This document shows, one piece after another, positions 60,133 to 64,000 of a DNA stretch of 64,000 bases (the first letter of the stretch is position 1; every line of letters begins with the position of its first letter). A model generated the notes under the pieces. That model was given only the letters and a program-made list of their open reading frames with translations, made no database searches and had not been told where the DNA came from. The stretch covers positions 56,667 to 120,666 of IMG/VR virus record IMGVR_UViG_3300034102_002101. One strand, written 5' to 3'. The position numbers and the translations under genes were made by a program. The DNA is from a virus.

Positions 60133-60135
60133 AAA

Positions 60136-60222
60136 TGGTGGGTAATGTGGGCAACGATCCCACACGATATTTCTATCCTTAGTTTTTGAAACTAAGCTGT
60201 ATGCCAATTCCAGCAATTACCC
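60136..60222 (-). tRNA. tRNA-Leu(CAA)
   Basis: Loop UUCAAAA, variable arm, CCA. Confidence 0.8.
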
Positions 60223-60226
60223 AAAA

Positions 60227-61141
60227 TTAAACTTTACTATATTTTACCTTCTCCCAATATCCTCTTGGTTTCATCTGCAAATCGTACGCTTTGCACCATT
60301 TCCTAATAGCGTTGTCTGATACATTATATTGTTTTGCTATTTGTACGATTGGTGTGTTCTCTATCATTTTACTTAAATCTTCTTTTGATGGTCTATCTTT
60401 TACTCTTCTATTAGATAAACCAATTTTAGTTACCCATTCCTTCGACTTATTCGATCCGTTATATTCACTCTTTTGATGTGATACTTCAATACTATCGATT
60501 GGTTCTACAAATGGTTTCTTTACTAGATGTGGAAGTAATTTTTTTAATCTGTTATAATTTGTTCCAGTTGTCATGTTCATCTTTAACATCACTTGTCGTA
60601 TGTTTGTGCAGTTTTCGGAAGCTTTTTTGATATCTTCGTCCGAATATCTATTTTGAACATTTGAACAATATGTGTCAGTTTGTGAGTGACAATTTGGACA
60701 TAAAAATCTCAAATTTTCTAATCTGTTATCGTTATTTATTCCATTTATATGATCTAAGTGCAGGTTTATTGGTCTGTTATTCCAATTGTCGATTAACCCA
60801 CATTCTCCGCACATATATGGAATAAATTTTTCTTGTATTATACACTTTTTTATCATCGATCTACCCGTCTTTGAATTAACACAAAAATGTTTTTCCATTG
60901 GATTACCAGACTTCGTTGGATACGTTATTATATTCTTTCCCTTTGACCATCCTTGCCCAAGAAAATGTTCCGTTGAAATATTGTATTTTTTTATTGCATT
61001 TTTTAGTCGCCTAATCGCACCGTTACCCTGCTTAAAATTCATATTTTTTATTAAGCACGTAAAAGAAGTTGATATTTTAACATTTTCACGTAACAATTTT
61101 ATATTTTCATCTGTCCATTTATACCATTTAAATTTGTTCAT
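60227..61141 (-). mobile_element. HNH homing endonuclease with HTH domains, inserted in the tRNA array
   Basis: C..CG...LHLDHING...DNRLENLRFLCPNCHSQT; C-terminal IAK.YNVSDNAIRKWC. Confidence 0.85.
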
Positions 61142-61194
61142 ATATTATAAGTATAATGGTAAACACGAAAACGTGTAGAATTCTTTATTATTTT

Positions 61195-61272
61195 TGGTAC
61201 TCATTGAGGGATTCGAACCCATCACTTTACAAATTCTAAATTTGTTGCCGCTACCAATTGGGCTAAATGAGC
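61195..61272 (-). tRNA. tRNA-Leu(UAG), short variable region
   Basis: Loop UUUAGAA, CCA. Confidence 0.75.
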
Positions 61273-61499
61273 ATAAATATATCTGATTCAACGAGACTTG
61301 CATACCCGTATTTACATTCTAACGAAAATAATGAGTCTCTGCAATATTTTTAATATTCTGTAATCTACGGTATCAACTCTTTACTACCGCAATGCTGTTT
61401 ATATTCTCTCCAGCAGTCAAGCCTATGGATCATCAACGGCTTTCTCTAAATTTTTAGCCCCCAATGTTACAATTTCTCATAACACCGGAAATGGGTAAT

Positions 61500-61575
61500 T
61501 GGTGGTGCCCACGGGATTTGCACCCGTTGCCTTACGGTTATCAACCATATGCTCATCTATATGAGCTTGAACACC
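61500..61575 (-). tRNA. tRNA-Ile(GAU)
   Basis: Loop UUGAUAA, CCA. Confidence 0.8.
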
Positions 61576-61676
61576 ATAAACTAATTTATCTCTGGACAAT
61601 CTTATCTAAATATTGTCGTGTTAGGTTACTGTTAGATCAGTCAATCCAATCACATCACATCACATCAGAAATAAAA

Positions 61677-61767
61677 TGGAGGAAGAAGTAGGATTTGAAC
61701 CCACGGGACGCTATTAACATCCTTCGCATTTCAAGTGCGGTGCCTTAAACCACTCAGCCATTCTTCC
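61677..61767 (-). tRNA. tRNA-Ser(UGA)
   Basis: Canonical type II cloverleaf, CCA. Confidence 0.88.
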
Positions 61768-61869
61768 TTAAATTGTCCTCCAAATACATGGAGGTAGTAA
61801 CATTTGCCGTTTCTTCCACCATAGTTTGTTCACGTTATATACCGTATATGGTTTAAGTTACCTAGAAAC

Positions 61870-61944
61870 TGGTGCAACGGACAGGATTTGAACCTGCAAC
61901 AGCCTGTTTGGAAAACAGGGACTCTACCATTGAGCTACCGATGC
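61870..61944 (-). tRNA. tRNA-Gly(UCC)
   Basis: Canonical cloverleaf, CCA. Confidence 0.88.
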
Positions 61945-61961
61945 ATTTAATCTAACTTCAC

Positions 61962-61990
61962 TAACATAACATAAATATTATCTATGTCAA
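61962..61990 (-). promoter_or_regulatory. sigma70-like internal promoter of the tRNA array
   Basis: TTGACA-N17-TATGTT upstream of tRNA-Gly. Confidence 0.55.
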
Positions 61991-62012
61991 ACTTTTTCGT
62001 ATAAATTTATAC

Positions 62013-62106
62013 TGGCGGAAAACGAGGGGATCGAACCCTCACCGGGTTTTAAAGTCCGGAACTGTTTAGCAAACAATCGTAACAAACCAATATTTACCTG
62101 CTTTCC
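62013..62106 (-). tRNA. tRNA-Ser(GCU)
   Basis: Loop UUGCUAA, long variable arm, GCCA. Confidence 0.8.
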
Positions 62107-62216
62107 GTAAAATTTCAAGAGGAATTGAACCTCTACTTACCATGCAGTGACACGGGAGAAAGAATTTACTTTCTGCCATCACTACCCAAGCTAACGAGCC
62201 TATGTTAAATAGGTTT

Positions 62217-62291
62217 TGGAGCCAGATCTCGGTATTGCGCCGAGCTATTTCCTTTTGCAGAGGAACCCATGCACTTGCTTGGTCATCTGGC
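62217..62291 (-). tRNA. tRNA-Cys(GCA)
   Basis: Loop CUGCAAA, U73, CCA. Confidence 0.8.
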
Positions 62292-62354
62292 GAAAATTAT
62301 ACTCATCCATTATTCACATAAAATAAATTAGAGGTGTGATGAGTGTGTTTTTAA

Positions 62355-62577
62355 CTATAAGTTGTGTTGTTACACCAAAAGGATGGTACAGGAGCGACCC
62401 GTGTTAAGCTCTTGTCAATTCAAGAGATCTTACTAACTCATAACTGTTCACCACCATACAGACAACTTTTCAGTTGCCAGAGATCCATTCTATGGAACAA
62501 TCGGGCTGTCTCTTTCGTTAGGTGTTACGATCCTACTCATTATTCGATGGCTACCTCTAGGCCCACGATGCTAATAG
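62355..62577 (-). ncRNA. Structured RNA containing a 23S rRNA uL11-binding (H43-H44) mimic
   Basis: GUGGGCCUAGAGGUAGCCAUC...AAUGAGU-[insert closed by AGGAU/AUCCU]-GGUGUAACAACAC; closing stem CUAUUAG/CUUAUAG. Confidence 0.7.
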
Positions 62578-62584
62578 ATAAAAA

Positions 62585-62669
62585 TGGCTCCAGAGGAAGG
62601 TAACGCTCCTTCATAGGTCTTTCGACCACGCATTAACAGTGCGCTGCATTGCTTGTCTGCCACTCTGGA
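62585..62669 (-). tRNA. tRNA-Asn(GUU), long variable arm
   Basis: Loop CUGUUAA; variable GGUC-GAAA-GACC; GCCA. Confidence 0.8.
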
Positions 62670-62798
62670 ATGTCGTAATATCTCCTCAATATTGTTACGT
62701 TTATCTCTATGGTTATAACACGTTAAATTAGTTATATATAGATTTGCCCTCACATGTCGATTGAGTGACTACAGGGCTAGTCGCCATGATATTACAAG

Positions 62799-62873
62799 TG
62801 GTGGTACATCGGGGTAACGATCCCCGTTCTCAACCTTAAGAGGGTAGAGCATCACCATTAATGCTTATGTACC
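62799..62873 (-). tRNA. tRNA-Lys(CUU)
   Basis: Loop CUCUUAA, CCA. Confidence 0.8.
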
Positions 62874-62883
62874 AAAAACTAAC

Positions 62884-62960
62884 TGGCTGGGGCAGGTGGA
62901 GTTGAACCACCGTGTTTCGCTTCAAAGGCGACCATAATAAGACCGTTATATGATACCCCA
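62884..62960 (-). tRNA. tRNA-Gln(UUG)
   Basis: Loop CUUUGAA, GCCA. Confidence 0.8.
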
Positions 62961-63065
62961 GTAAATTTTTCTCTTCATCACAAATAGGAGATTATAGAGT
63001 ATTGCTTTCCATCTTTACTCAAGCCTACTACCAGTGGGTTAATGGTTATTTACAATGAAGAAAAA

Positions 63066-63144
63066 TGGTGGTCCGTGTGGGCGATGCTCCCACTACCTAT
63101 CCGTTATAAGCGGAGTGCTCTAACTAATCGTGAGCTAACAGACC
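63066..63144 (-). tRNA. tRNA-Ile(UAU)
   Basis: Loop CUUAUAA, CCA. Confidence 0.75.
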
Positions 63145-63152
63145 ATAAAAAG

Positions 63153-63301
63153 TGGACGGTGACGAGAGGATTTGAACCTCCAATTAATCGTCTTATACAA
63201 AGAGTGCAATCTCCATATAATCTTAAATTAATTTTTATTTCAGTAACCATATTGAAATTTAAACAGATGCACCCGTTTATTTCTCTCAACTGAACATCCC
63301 G
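63153..63301 (-). ncRNA. ~149-nt tRNA-like RNA (acceptor + T-arm, large central domain)
   Basis: CGGGAUG/CGUC(A)CCG-UCCA, T-arm GGAGG-UUCAAAU-CCUCU, internal GGGUGCA/UGCACUC stem. Confidence 0.55.
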
Positions 63302-63307
63302 ATAAAA

Positions 63308-63455
63308 TGGTTGACTCGACGGGTATCACACCCTAAACCTTTCGCAATTTCTTCGTCGTTTTTATAGCTAATATTACACGAATAATTAATTGTTACTCCG
63401 TTGACATTCCTTCAGCGCGTATATGCTGCTGCTCCAATTCTTGAGCTACAAATCA
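63308..63455 (-). ncRNA. tRNA-like RNA with ~75-nt insert in the anticodon arm
   Basis: Acceptor UGAUUUG/CGAGUCA-ACCA, canonical D-stem GCUC/GAGC, T-like GGG-UGUGAUA-CCC. Confidence 0.6.
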
Positions 63456-63531
63456 TGGTGGAGAATACCGGCTTTGCTCCGGTCGCCTATTGCTTGCAAA
63501 GCAATTGCTCTACTGAATGAGCTAATTCCCC
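63456..63531 (-). tRNA. tRNA-Ala(UGC)
   Basis: GGGGAAU acceptor with G3.U70, loop UUUGCAA, CCA. Confidence 0.85.
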
Positions 63532-63822
63532 ATAATTAATTTTAACAATAACAGCTTTAAGCTCCCCACCTTCTCATTAGAGTAAAACCGTGACATTGAA
63601 CAAAGAATTTACTTTGTTCGATCACTAATGGTATCTGTTTATGAGTTACATCGATTGTTAAAAGTAATATATGTAGATTATTTTAACCATTTACATATTA
63701 TGTGGGGCTACGATATTTTTAACGTTGTCTTATCATCCACTTGTATCCCTTCATTAAAGGCAGTATAACAACGAGAACTTGATTAGAATTTCTTCCTATA
63801 CGTGGTCCTTAGTCACGCTTGG

Positions 63823-63900
63823 TGGCCCCACCGGAGAATTTCGCAATCTCGACCTTCGGAGTTTCAAACCGATGCTCTACGTAATCTGAGCTACAGTGGG
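63823..63900 (-). tRNA. tRNA-Phe(GAA), atypical
   Basis: Acceptor CCCACUG/CGGUGGG, loop UUGAAAC, followed by CCACCA. Confidence 0.65.
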
Positions 63901-64000
63901 ATAAAATCTTTAGTTTATACGGTCAGATGAATCGTTTGTTAATCCGTATAATAAACCTACTTCCAAATCATCAGCTTGGGTTTTTCGGAACTAAAATGGT

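Noticed and set aside
62355-62577. RNase P RNA or a true rRNA gene
   Set aside because: No GAGGAAAGUCC/P4 signature, and rRNA similarity is limited to H43-H44.
56540-63293. Short ORFs overlapping tRNAs, and antisense ORFs throughout the window
   Set aside because: They are shadows of RNA genes or of longer, motif-bearing genes on the other strand.
54700-64000. Stop-codon recoding or suppressor tRNA (often linked to theta ribozymes)
   Set aside because: No CUA/UCA/UUA anticodon was found in this window, and long genes are intact in the standard code. The 59236 tRNA folds best with CAU, not UCA.

Overview
This is a 64-kb, AT-rich segment of a large (jumbo-type) myophage genome using the standard genetic code. 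It has four blocks. (1) 1-25.6 kb, + strand: a late sigma-like factor, contractile-tail baseplate and tail genes (gp5/gp25/gp6-like, an FG-GAP/dockerin protein), RuvC, primase, and an Mre11-Rad50 (SbcD-SbcC) gene naturally split by two unrelated ORFs. (2) 25.6-44 kb, mostly - strand: a glycan-biosynthesis island (about 8 glycosyltransferases, UDP-GlcNAc 2-epimerase, FkbM methyltransferases, NTP-transferase, cupin, WavE-like protein) containing a form IV RuBisCO-like protein, with a WGR-PARP and a frameshifted sirtuin. (3) 44-54 kb: DNA and RNA metabolism (Cas4-like nuclease, clamp-loader subunit, RNA ligase, Pif1 helicase, ThyX, homing endonucleases). (4) 54-64 kb, - strand: a dense RNA island with a tmRNA, 27 tRNAs and EF-Ts. 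The most notable signals are an HDV-like (theta-type) ribozyme starting exactly after the tmRNA discriminator base next to an HNH gene, a ~220-nt RNA mimicking the 23S rRNA uL11-binding domain, five tRNA-shaped RNAs without a normal anticodon arm, and His/Trp/Asn/CAU tRNAs with long variable arms. All RNA folds were derived by eye and all protein calls rest on motif recognition; no searches were run.
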